This document shows, in pieces, positions 18,306-26,516 of a stretch of DNA of 64,000 nt. Position numbers and translations under genes: made by a program. The notes under the pieces were generated by a model. The model was not told the DNA's origin, ran no database searches, and saw only the letters and a program-made list of their open reading frames with translations. The DNA is from Candidatus Nomurabacteria bacterium. GTDB taxonomy: Bacteria > Patescibacteriota > Minisyncoccia > Phycocordibacterales > SBAW01. Each line of letters begins with the position of its first letter. The stretch's first letter is position 1. The stretch covers positions 5,051 to 69,050 of the forward strand of contig JADZGF010000003.1 of NCBI GenBank assembly GCA_020854065.1, written 5' to 3'.

Positions 18306-18848
18306 ATGAGCGGAAGCTCTTTCTCTTTTCTTAATCCAGCCGAGGCTCTCATGCCTTTGGAATTACATGCAGGATTGCGTGTCGCTGACCTCTCTGCGTC
18401 GAGTGGTTTTTTTGTTCGTGCCGCAGCACGTCTCGTTGCGCCAGGAGATGTATGGGCGGTGGATCCAAATCCCGACTTATTGCGCCGTATAAAGACCATT
18501 GCTGAGGCGGAAGGTCTGCGTAATGTCGAATTGATGCGCGGTGATATTGAGCGAAAGGAAGGTTCTAATCTACCCCCAAATGCGTTTGACGTGGTGTTGC
18601 TCATTAACCGCCTTTTTGCCGCTGAGCACAAAACGACTATCTCTACTGAAATACACCGCATCCTTAAGCGGGGTGGTCGTGCACTGGTGATTGATTGGAG
18701 TGACTCACATGGGGGATTGGGTCCTACACCTGCGCATGTATACAGCGCGAAGGAAGCACAAACGTTATTTGAAGACGCAGGCTTTAGTGTTGTGGGCAGC
18801 GTACCAGCAGGTGTGTATCATTGGGGGCTTATAATAAAAAAGAAATGA
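18306..18848 (+). CDS. Class I SAM-dependent methyltransferase-like protein
   Basis: Motif I-like VADLSASSGFF, followed by VWAVDPNPD and a Rossmann-like layout; overlaps the next gene by ATGA. Confidence 0.6.
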   Translation: MSGSSFSFLNPAEALMPLELHAGLRVADLSASSGFFVRAAARLVAPGDVWAVDPNPDLLRRIKTIAEAEGLRNVELMRGDIERKEGSNLPPNAFDVVLLINRLFAAEHKTTISTEIHRILKRGGRALVIDWSDSHGGLGPTPAHVYSAKEAQTLFEDAGFSVVGSVPAGVYHWGLIIKKK

Positions 18849-20143
18849 AAGCCAGCAACTTTCAGCTTATTGTTCTAGCAATCTTTGTTTCTCTGATTAT
18901 CGTCGGAGTGGGCACCTTTGCTATTTTTACCAGCGGCGGTGGTAGTGGAACAGGAAGGGTAGAGATATGGGGCACTGTTGAGAGTACGGTAATGGATCGC
19001 TGGTTTACGATTCTCAAAGAAAGCGGCGGCGATGTGCTTGACGATGCAACCTATACGCAACTCTCGTCCGCCACGTTTGAGCAGGAGGTCACCAACGCCA
19101 TGGCTGCAGGACGCGGACCCGATTTGGTGCTAGTGAGCGATAGTTCCTTGCTGTTTTTTGGCGACAAAATCCAGACCATACCATATGGCGCATATTCACA
19201 GGGGAGTTTTCTCAGTTCATTTGTCGACGAATCATCTCTTTTCTTACGGGATGAGGGCATTCGGGCACTTCCTATTCTCATCGACCCTCTCGTTATCTAC
19301 TGGAACCGAAACGTATTCTCCACCGCAGGTATTGCAAACCCTCCGCAATATTGGAACGACCTGTTAGCGATTGCACCAAAATTAACCTCGTTTGATGCGT
19401 CGCAGAATGTTCGCAGGAGTGCCGTTGCCATGGGTACGTGGCGCAATGTGGCGAACGCAAAACCACTCCTAGCAACGCTGATGCTCCAAGCGGGCGAGCC
19501 GATTGTGAGTCGTGACGAGTTTGGTCAATGGCGTTCAAACTTGGGTGGAGAGGGTGGGACGGAAAGTGCCGCAGCGTCCGCTTTGCGGTTTTATACTGAG
19601 TTTGCGAACCCCGGCAAAACTACCTATAGCTGGAACAATAGCTTGCCGAACTCAACCAATGCCTTTTTGGCAGGTGATGTAGGGATCTATGTTGGATTTG
19701 CGAGTGAATACGCACTGCTGCGTGAACGTAACCCAAATCTTCGCTTTGATGCCGCAGTGATGCCGCAATTACGCAGTGGTCCTGCAGCTACCTTTGGTCG
19801 CATTACCGGTGTAGCGCTTTCGCTGAGCACTGATAATCAACAGGGTGCCTTGGCGGTGGCACAGTATCTCTCCAGCAAGTCCGCGATCGCTGCGTTGGTA
19901 GGGGTTTCAGGACTTCCGTCGGTACGACGTGACGTGCCAGTAGATACATCAGCGAGTGCAACGGCACAAGTGTTTGCGCAGTCAGCACTCATTGCGCGCG
20001 GCTGGCTCGATCCGAATCAGGCAGGCACCGATATGCTCTTTAAAGACATGATAGAATCGGTCTTAAGCGGTGAGGGCGATCCGTCATTTGTGGCACTTGA
20101 TGCGGTAGAGGAGCTCAATGCGCTCCTGAAGGATAAAAAATAA
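18845..20143 (+). CDS. ABC transporter substrate-binding protein (family 1, sugar-type) with N-terminal TM anchor
   Basis: N-terminal hydrophobic anchor plus periplasmic-binding-protein-like body; 433 aa. Confidence 0.6.
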   Translation: MKASNFQLIVLAIFVSLIIVGVGTFAIFTSGGGSGTGRVEIWGTVESTVMDRWFTILKESGGDVLDDATYTQLSSATFEQEVTNAMAAGRGPDLVLVSDSSLLFFGDKIQTIPYGAYSQGSFLSSFVDESSLFLRDEGIRALPILIDPLVIYWNRNVFSTAGIANPPQYWNDLLAIAPKLTSFDASQNVRRSAVAMGTWRNVANAKPLLATLMLQAGEPIVSRDEFGQWRSNLGGEGGTESAAASALRFYTEFANPGKTTYSWNNSLPNSTNAFLAGDVGIYVGFASEYALLRERNPNLRFDAAVMPQLRSGPAATFGRITGVALSLSTDNQQGALAVAQYLSSKSAIAALVGVSGLPSVRRDVPVDTSASATAQVFAQSALIARGWLDPNQAGTDMLFKDMIESVLSGEGDPSFVALDAVEELNALLKDKK

Positions 20144-20150
20144 TTTTTAT

Positions 20151-20552
20151 ATGAAGCGCTTTGTTTTAGCAATACTCCCAATTCTTGTTTTTGTAGTGGT
20201 GCCAGTGGTAGTTATGGCACAAAGCGGTAACTTCGGGTCTCCATCGGGTAATTTTGGAGGCTCTGGTACGCTTAACAACCCACTCAACTTTGGTAGTGTA
20301 TGCGGATTCTTTAAGGCACTGTTTAAGGCTGTCATTATGCTTGGTGTGCCGGTGGCAACACTTTTTATCGTGTGGGCCGGTTTTAAATTTGTGCTTGCGC
20401 GCGGCAATGCTGAAGCGCTTAAAGTTGCTCGTAAAAATGCGGCGTTTGTAGCAATTGGTATTGCAGTATTTTTGGGGGCATGGTTCCTCTCCCAAGTAAT
20501 TGCTGCAACTATTAAAGCGGTCGGGGGCCCTAATATCACCACCTGCAATTAA
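20151..20552 (+). CDS. Small secreted two-TM protein, TrbC/VirB2 pilin-like (paralog 1 of 4)
   Basis: Signal peptide; two hydrophobic helices separated by the ARGNAEALKVARKN loop. Confidence 0.5.
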   Translation: MKRFVLAILPILVFVVVPVVVMAQSGNFGSPSGNFGGSGTLNNPLNFGSVCGFFKALFKAVIMLGVPVATLFIVWAGFKFVLARGNAEALKVARKNAAFVAIGIAVFLGAWFLSQVIAATIKAVGGPNITTCN

Positions 20553-20554
20553 AT

Positions 20555-20854
20555 ATGGATCTTAACGGCGTCGTTAGACAAATCATTGGCAGTATAAATG
20601 TAGTGATTCCTGTGCTTATTACAATTGCACTTGTATTCTTTTTGTGGGGGATTTTGCGGTATGTATATAAGGTGGGGAATGCGCACAGCAAAGAGTCTGA
20701 TCGGCAGATATTTCTTTGGGGCTTATTAGCACTGTTTTGCATGGTGTCGGTGTGGGGTATTGTTGCCACACTGTGTCTGCAGTTTTTTGGCGATCGTAAC
20801 TGCCAAAATGTTCAAAACGTACAATGCACAGATAGCGGCTGTTTCGGTGCCTAG
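20555..20854 (+). CDS. Small two-TM protein, TrbC/VirB2 pilin-like (paralog 2)
   Basis: LITIALVFFLWGILRYV - loop - IFLWGLLALFCMVSVWGIV; paralogous to its neighbours. Confidence 0.5.
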   Translation: MDLNGVVRQIIGSINVVIPVLITIALVFFLWGILRYVYKVGNAHSKESDRQIFLWGLLALFCMVSVWGIVATLCLQFFGDRNCQNVQNVQCTDSGCFGA

Positions 20855-20941
20855 CCTACTAGGGGTCAGAACTATCCACACAGCTTCATGCGTACGGTAA
20901 ATCGTCTGCTACAGTTAAAGAGTATTAATCTAGTTTTAATT

Positions 20942-21292
20942 ATGAAAAAGACAGCACTTACATCAGCAGCACTTTTTGCGCTCCCTATGGTCGCTTTTGC
21001 GCAAGGGTTGGGACCTATCCACTCGCTCGTTATTAACATCGGTCGCATTGTGGCAGCCTTGGTACCTATCCTCATCACCTTGGCGTTGGTTGTCTTCTTC
21101 TGGGGATTGGTTCGATACCTCTGGGGTGGTAGCGGTGCAAAGCACGCTGCAGGCCGCCAGCTCATGATTTATGGCCTTATCGCACTCTTCGTCATGGTAT
21201 CGGTATGGGGTCTCATCCGTCTGGCACAAGATGCGCTTAACATCACCGCAACTTCGGGTACTGTGATCCCGACTGGTTTCGTTCCTCAATAG
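20942..21292 (+). CDS. Small secreted two-TM protein, TrbC/VirB2 pilin-like (paralog 3)
   Basis: Signal peptide MKKTALTSAALFALPMVAFAQ; LITLALVVFFWGLVRYL...LMIYGLIALFVMVSVWGLI. Confidence 0.5.
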   Translation: MKKTALTSAALFALPMVAFAQGLGPIHSLVINIGRIVAALVPILITLALVVFFWGLVRYLWGGSGAKHAAGRQLMIYGLIALFVMVSVWGLIRLAQDALNITATSGTVIPTGFVPQ

Positions 21293-21294
21293 GA

Positions 21295-21618
21295 ATGTCC
21301 ATGGAAGGGCAGCCAATAAATATGCTGGCAGCTGGCCTTGAGGCGCAGTCAGTGCATGCGCTTGCAACCTCTTTGCAGACAAAAATAATCTATCCCATCA
21401 TCGCGTTAATCGTGGCGGTGGGGTTGGTTGTTTTTATCTACGGCCTCATTGAATATTTGGCGGGGCTTTCAACTGATGTGGGTAACGGCAAAGAGAATGG
21501 GAAGCGGCACATGTTTTTTGGACTCCTCGGTATGTTTATTATGGTTGCTGCGTTTGCCATACTCCAACTTATTGCAAAAGTAGTTTGTTCAGGTGGTCTA
21601 AGCGGTTGTATTCGCTAA
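21295..21618 (+). CDS. Small two-TM protein, TrbC/VirB2 pilin-like (paralog 4)
   Basis: IIALIVAVGLVVFIYGLIEYL...HMFFGLLGMFIMVAAFAILQLI. Confidence 0.5.
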   Translation: MSMEGQPINMLAAGLEAQSVHALATSLQTKIIYPIIALIVAVGLVVFIYGLIEYLAGLSTDVGNGKENGKRHMFFGLLGMFIMVAAFAILQLIAKVVCSGGLSGCIR

Positions 21619-21640
21619 CAACGTAAAAAGAAAAGACCCC

Positions 21641-21675
21641 CACCGTAGGTGGAGGTCGTTGTTGTGTGCTGAGCG
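21641..21675 (-). terminator. Rho-independent terminator (minus strand) for gene 21684..22691
   Basis: CCTCCACC-TAC-GGTGGGGG followed by TCTTTTCTTTTT in minus orientation. Confidence 0.55.
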
Positions 21676-21683
21676 AACAATGC

Positions 21684-22691
21684 TCAGTGTTTGCCGAATA
21701 TGGCATTGAAGAGGCCATACGGCACTGAAGGACTGTAGGAGCGACATTCCCATGAGCCGTCACTTGGTCCCATTCCTTGAGGACAGAGCAAGTAGTCGGC
21801 AACAACCGTGCCAACTCCTGGTTTTGCCCGTGCGTGGGTGGGGATCGAAGTGTTGATTTGGCCTCGGTCTGCCGATACCCTAATCATGCTTGAGTTGTGT
21901 ACAAACTCGAGCTTTGGAATATCGGAGATTGCGAAGTCGCAGGTGCCAGGCCGGCTTGGGAGCTGAACCCACATGTCTTCGGGGATTACGATCGCTTTCG
22001 CTACCTTCTCTCCGGGGCATGCTGGTGATCGAGCGACGCGCCGAGCTCGCTGCTCCTCGCGGAGCATCTGCTCTTTGCGTCGTTCGGCAGCAATATGCTG
22101 TCGGATCCTTTCTTTTCCTGCTTCAATCTTGCGTGCTTGAACGCACGCTTCGCTGAAGCAAGGAGCGTAGGGGGCCAGCCAGTACGCGATGAGTACAAGT
22201 GCAGCAAGCGCCATGACAGTCTTTGCGGCGCGCGGGTAGTGAGCGAAGTGCAAGAGGACAATTATCGCTACTGCGATAAAGGTTCCCCAAAACACGAGCG
22301 CACCAAACTCGGCGGGAGTGAATTGGGCGGCAGAGAACTGTATTTTGTTCCACTGTGTCCAGACAACCCATGCCGCTCCTGCAAGTGCAATCGCGATAAC
22401 TGCCGTGATTACACCATTTCGTGTTACCGAACCCCACATCGGTCGAACGATGTAGTAGCTGATAATGATGGCAACGAGGCCAACAGTGACATACCAGAAC
22501 CAAGGGTTGTTCAAGATGGTTGTTACCCAATCTCCCGCCTGAGGGAAGAATAGGTAGGTCCCCACCAGTGTCCCCCCAATCAATATGATTAGGAGAAGCC
22601 ACCGTCCGTACCGCCGGAAGGCGTACATCAGTATTGCGGTGATTATCGCCCCTGCCATAAGCAAGGGGATAAACAGTTCTTCGAGGTTCAT
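21684..22691 (-). CDS. Hypothetical polytopic membrane protein with basic coiled segment and C-terminal Cys-containing domain
   Basis: About six N-terminal TM helices; co-directional with and downstream of 22719..24080. Confidence 0.5.
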   Translation of the reverse strand: MNLEELFIPLLMAGAIITAILMYAFRRYGRWLLLIILIGGTLVGTYLFFPQAGDWVTTILNNPWFWYVTVGLVAIIISYYIVRPMWGSVTRNGVITAVIAIALAGAAWVVWTQWNKIQFSAAQFTPAEFGALVFWGTFIAVAIIVLLHFAHYPRAAKTVMALAALVLIAYWLAPYAPCFSEACVQARKIEAGKERIRQHIAAERRKEQMLREEQRARRVARSPACPGEKVAKAIVIPEDMWVQLPSRPGTCDFAISDIPKLEFVHNSSMIRVSADRGQINTSIPTHARAKPGVGTVVADYLLCPQGMGPSDGSWECRSYSPSVPYGLFNAIFGKH

Positions 22692-22718
22692 GCACTCACT
22701 TCCTCTTCTGATTCCCCG

Positions 22719-24080
22719 TTATGGTTCGATTGACGAATTTTGCTGGGGAGTAGGTTGCGGGAGAGTTCGTCGTCTTTGCCGTTCTTGAACGACATCGACC
22801 ACAGGCATATTTCCGGTATTTCCCAAGAAGACAAAGGCGTTGGGGTTTTTTGCGACAACCGTAGCACGGCGCACTTCAACCTCAGCCATTGCAATCTCGG
22901 CAGCTTCAGGATACTCGCGCAGCGCTTTTCCGGATTCCCGGATATTCGCCGCGTTACCAACTGCCCGCTTTTCGGCGGCAAGCTTGTCTGCTTCTGCCAA
23001 CTCCGGCTCAGCGAGCCGGGCGGCGTGTTCAGCGCTTGCGGGAGTGATATCAATGACGTTTAAATCATCAATACACAACCCCATCGGCTGGATGAGCGAC
23101 ACGAGAGCGCCTTTTACCGCTACGGTCGCATCTGCTGGATTTATGTCGGGCAAAACTTTTGACCGAGCATATGTAGCCAGCGCTGATGTCACCACGCCCA
23201 TCAACCGATGTGGCCAGTCGTCTACATTGTAGGCGAGCCGGTACGGGTTAACGGTGCGGAAGATGCCGTTCAGTGTTGATTTAACGGCGATCATATTTTT
23301 CGTTTCGGCAGTTGCCACAAACACAGGGAACTCGAACTGAGCTACCCGCGTGTGGTCACTGTAGTCGCGCTTGCGCAGGAGTACCAAATCTGTACCGTTT
23401 TCTCCCAGCTCGAGCACGAAGCGATCGAGTGGTCGTATGCGGATAGTTCGAAACCCAGGCAAACCGACAAACACCGCGCCACGAAGGCGGTAAGTGTACC
23501 GTTTCCAGACCCACCAGACGATACTGAATGGTGAGTATGCCAACCAGAGTAGCCAATCGAAACCCCAGCGCATTTTTGGTCCCGGGAAGGGGAGTGGGTG
23601 TGAGTCTCGGTATCCATCTGCAGTCTCCACCACCTCCCAGTATTCTTGCTGGTCGGTGGTAAGGAGATTATCATTCCGCTCACCCACAAACATACGTCCA
23701 TCGTAGTCCATGAGTGCACGGAGGAATGTACCGTCCCACGCTTCGACCATCTTTACGCGACCTGGTGAGAGGTCGGTAAAGAATCCTTCTCGCGATTTCT
23801 CGTAAGGCCATTCGTCTGTGCCTATACGATTGCGATTAGGGCTGATCGTGAGTATATCCATAAGCTGTGGAAACAGCGGCAGGATAAACAACGCGACCAT
23901 AAAGCCGGCCCAGAGTAAGAGTCCGACGCGGACTAGTCGAGTAAGGAAGAAGTCGAAAGGTAACGTGAGCATAAAAATAGCCACTATTACAACAATCGAC
24001 CAGACTATCCAGGTCAGTTCATACTTGACCTTGTGAGAGGTTGGTGGGGGCGGGGATGTCGTGTTTGAGACATCTGACAT
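22719..24080 (-). CDS. Membrane protein, possibly SPFH/band-7-like
   Basis: N-terminal TM helices; Ala/Glu-rich helical C-terminus (AEHAARLAEPELAEADKLAAEKRAVGNAANIRE); the SPFH call is weak. Confidence 0.4.
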   Translation of the reverse strand: MSDVSNTTSPPPPTSHKVKYELTWIVWSIVVIVAIFMLTLPFDFFLTRLVRVGLLLWAGFMVALFILPLFPQLMDILTISPNRNRIGTDEWPYEKSREGFFTDLSPGRVKMVEAWDGTFLRALMDYDGRMFVGERNDNLLTTDQQEYWEVVETADGYRDSHPLPFPGPKMRWGFDWLLWLAYSPFSIVWWVWKRYTYRLRGAVFVGLPGFRTIRIRPLDRFVLELGENGTDLVLLRKRDYSDHTRVAQFEFPVFVATAETKNMIAVKSTLNGIFRTVNPYRLAYNVDDWPHRLMGVVTSALATYARSKVLPDINPADATVAVKGALVSLIQPMGLCIDDLNVIDITPASAEHAARLAEPELAEADKLAAEKRAVGNAANIRESGKALREYPEAAEIAMAEVEVRRATVVAKNPNAFVFLGNTGNMPVVDVVQERQRRRTLPQPTPQQNSSIEP

Positions 24081-24210
24081 GAATCACCTCGTTTTGTTTG
24101 AGTGACGAAGAGCTGCGACAGGATTGCCGCGTTCCATCTAAAATTCTATCATACTTAACGGCAAAAGTCAAGCAAAAATGGCCTTAATTAAGGCCATTCT
24201 TACGATCTTG

Positions 24211-24292
24211 TGCTGGGGAGAGGACTTGAACCTCCATGGGTTGCCCCGCGTGCTCCTAAGGCACGTGCGTATACCAATTCCGCCACCCCAGC
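24211..24292 (-). tRNA. tRNA-Leu (anticodon TAG)
   Basis: Cloverleaf with long variable arm; anticodon loop CTTAGGA; no encoded CCA. Confidence 0.85.
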
Positions 24293-24296
24293 AATG

Positions 24297-24369
24297 TGCG
24301 CCCACCTGGATTCGAACCAGGGACCATCTCCTTAAGAGGGAGTTGCTCTACCAACTGAGCTATGGGCGC
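24297..24369 (-). tRNA. tRNA-Lys (anticodon CTT)
   Basis: GCGCCCATAGCTCAGTTGGTAGAGC...; anticodon loop CTCTTAA; T-arm GGTTCGAATCC. Confidence 0.85.
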
Positions 24370-24400
24370 AAGTGTATATTTTGTAGCACACTTCTTGCGC

Positions 24401-25228
24401 TTACCAAAGCTTACCTCCCACTGCACGCCATAGTGTTGGTGGATAGGCGACTTCAATAATACCAAACTGTCTTTTAAATGCGGAAAAGCCTTCCCAATTT
24501 TTTGGCGTACCCGCATGCGCAAAGTATGAAAAGTACTGGAGCTCTGTGCCTCGCGCTAAAGAGTGTGCAAACCAATAATCTACAAGCGCAGTCATCGCAA
24601 AACACTCGCGCGCTTCGGGAAGGATAAACGGCGTCTCGCGCATCGAGATGCTTCGAGTGGGTGAGTAGAGTAGTGCGGTGCCTGCAATAATTTGGCCGGT
24701 GGCTTTGTTGCGCCCCCCCACAAGTTCAAATGTTTCTGGGGTGTACTTTGCCATGAGGCATGCAAGTTGTTGGCCGCCTATTTTTTTGTAGGTCAGGCTC
24801 TGTTTGTAGGCGGTGCGGAATTCTTCAATCGATAGTTTTTCTATCGTATGGGTTATGTTGTGGTGTCGCTTAAGCCACAATTGAAGGTCACGACGCGAAC
24901 TTTTGTTCCAGGTACTGCGATAGTCAGGTGTAAGTGTGTGATACGCGTCGACGCGCCACGGAAATTGTGTCGTGTGCCAGCCTTCTGGTACATCGGTGCG
25001 ATGCACACGGTTCCATCGCACGATGCGCGGGCGTGCCAGACGCCCCGGTGCCTTGAGGTCAGGTTCAGTATCGCCAATCTGTACCTCAAATGTTATCGGC
25101 CAAAAACTCCATCGCACTGCACTATTTTCTCCTTTCACCCACTCACGCTGACAAATAGGGGGTAGGGTAGCGAGCCAGTCGTACTCAGGCCACATTTCAT
25201 AGGGCGCAAAGTTTCTAGGGATTTCCAT
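24401..25228 (-). CDS. Hypothetical protein, tentatively FemAB-like/GNAT-fold acyltransferase
   Basis: Weak resemblance to FemAB/Acetyltransf_6-type proteins; start set at the internal ATG adjacent to the tRNA-Leu(TAA) 3' end. Confidence 0.35.
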   Translation of the reverse strand: MEIPRNFAPYEMWPEYDWLATLPPICQREWVKGENSAVRWSFWPITFEVQIGDTEPDLKAPGRLARPRIVRWNRVHRTDVPEGWHTTQFPWRVDAYHTLTPDYRSTWNKSSRRDLQLWLKRHHNITHTIEKLSIEEFRTAYKQSLTYKKIGGQQLACLMAKYTPETFELVGGRNKATGQIIAGTALLYSPTRSISMRETPFILPEARECFAMTALVDYWFAHSLARGTELQYFSYFAHAGTPKNWEGFSAFKRQFGIIEVAYPPTLWRAVGGKLW

Positions 25229-25230
25229 AG

Positions 25231-25316
25231 TGCCGAGAGTGGGAATCGAACCCACATGAGCTGTAAGGCTCACGACATTTTAAGTGTCGCGCGTATACCA
25301 GTTCCGCCATCTCGGC
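25231..25316 (-). tRNA. tRNA-Leu (anticodon TAA)
   Basis: GCCGAGATGGCGGAACTGGTA...; anticodon loop CTTAAAA; long variable arm. Confidence 0.85.
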
Positions 25317-25322
25317 ATTACT

Positions 25323-26141
25323 CTACGAAATTTTAAGCGAAGTAGAGCGTTCGCGGGAGGCTCGGGCGGGAATCGAACCCGCGCGTGGGAGTTTTGCAGA
25401 CTCCAGTGTTACCACTTCACCACCGAGCCTATTTTGAATAGTCTGTATCTCTGCGGTGACCACGTTTGGGCGCCGCTCAAAATACTCATCTAATATAACG
25501 TATTTTCGTTGCATGTATAGGTCTTTATCAGGAACATCTTTATATAGGAAAGCAAAAAGCTTTATACTGTCCTTGGTAAAAAACCATAATTGTCGTGCTC
25601 GGGTTGTGTTGTATATTCCTCCTCCTTGCACACAAGCTTCTTTTTGTAAGCTCTTTTTCAATTCCTCTAGAAATTCGTCGCTGCCACTTGTAAAGATCAC
25701 ACTCAGACGTTTAATGATTTTTTGCCCATTTTTCCCAATTCCATTTTGGAGAAACACACACCCGTCTCCATCGAAGTATCCACGGATAAAAGAAGATACA
25801 TAAGGTGCAGGTATATGGGGAAACTTCATAGTGAGTGACTTGCGTGGAGTAAGACCAAGGGCAATAAGTTGTTCAAAAAGTCTCTTGTTGCCTATTCGTA
25901 AAAGATAACGAGGCTTTCTGTTTCCAGAAACCTTTTCTTTTACAATGGTATGTTCAGATTTGAGTAGTCTCTTAAAAACCTCGATTCTGTCTCGATCAGT
26001 GCTTGCAACTCGTATATATTTACCTCTCATGGCAGGGGAGTCTTCTAAACTTCCATCTGCATACAAATACCCAAGCACATATGCTGATTCTTGGGTCCAA
26101 TGATCAAAAAAATTTTCGTCAATAGAAAATTTTATACCCAT
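25323..26141 (-). CDS. LAGLIDADG homing endonuclease (two-motif, single-chain type); reading frame continues through tRNA-Cys
   Basis: Two LAGLIDADG motifs (LGYLYADGS, IRGYFDGDGC); AT-rich; the last 34 codons are encoded by the tRNA-Cys gene plus spacer. Confidence 0.8.
   Translation of the reverse strand: MGIKFSIDENFFDHWTQESAYVLGYLYADGSLEDSPAMRGKYIRVASTDRDRIEVFKRLLKSEHTIVKEKVSGNRKPRYLLRIGNKRLFEQLIALGLTPRKSLTMKFPHIPAPYVSSFIRGYFDGDGCVFLQNGIGKNGQKIIKRLSVIFTSGSDEFLEELKKSLQKEACVQGGGIYNTTRARQLWFFTKDSIKLFAFLYKDVPDKDLYMQRKYVILDEYFERRPNVVTAEIQTIQNRLGGEVVTLESAKLPRAGSIPARASRERSTSLKIS
25358..25429 (-). tRNA. tRNA-Cys (anticodon GCA)
   Basis: GGCTCGG acceptor; anticodon loop CTGCAAA; T-arm GGTTCGATTCC. 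Confidence 0.8.
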
Positions 26142-26186
26142 CCTTGTATTATAGGTGTCAATAAAAAGCCCTGCAAGGAGTGATGT

Positions 26187-26516
26187 TTAACCAGTTAGCT
26201 CGTCCAACCGCTGACGGTTCTTTTCGCCCCGGTCGATCACAAACTCGACATGGGGTATGCGCATGCCGCGTATGTGCTTTTCAAAAAACGCACCAAATTC
26301 AAAGCGGTTGCGATTGGCAAACGCGACTGCCGCCTCTTCGGCCCTCTCAGGGAGTACCGTGATAAATATCGTGCCTCGTTTGCGATCTTCGCTTAAATGA
26401 GCACGCGTAACAGTGATAAGTGAGTTGCGGTTTGCTTCGCGGCTTAAAAAGAGGGCAGCGGTCTCTCGGAGGGCTTCGGTGTCTTTTTCGTGCATGTGCA
26501 TATTATTTGTATTCAA
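26187..26516 (-). CDS. rbfA: Ribosome-binding factor A
   Basis: RbfA-like 109-aa protein immediately downstream of infB; start may be an internal Met. Confidence 0.65.
   Translation of the reverse strand: MNTNNMHMHEKDTEALRETAALFLSREANRNSLITVTRAHLSEDRKRGTIFITVLPERAEEAAVAFANRNRFEFGAFFEKHIRGMRIPHVEFVIDRGEKNRQRLDELTG

Noticed and set aside
18158-18661. 167-aa minus-strand ORF
   Set aside because: Fully antisense to the well-supported SAM-methyltransferase-like gene 18306..18848. The composition is Arg/Ser-rich and unprotein-like.
25231-26141. Group I intron in a tRNA gene carrying the LAGLIDADG ORF
   Set aside because: tRNA-Leu(TAA) and tRNA-Cys are both contiguous and fold into full cloverleaves. 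The endonuclease gene lies between rbfA and tRNA-Cys, not inside a tRNA.
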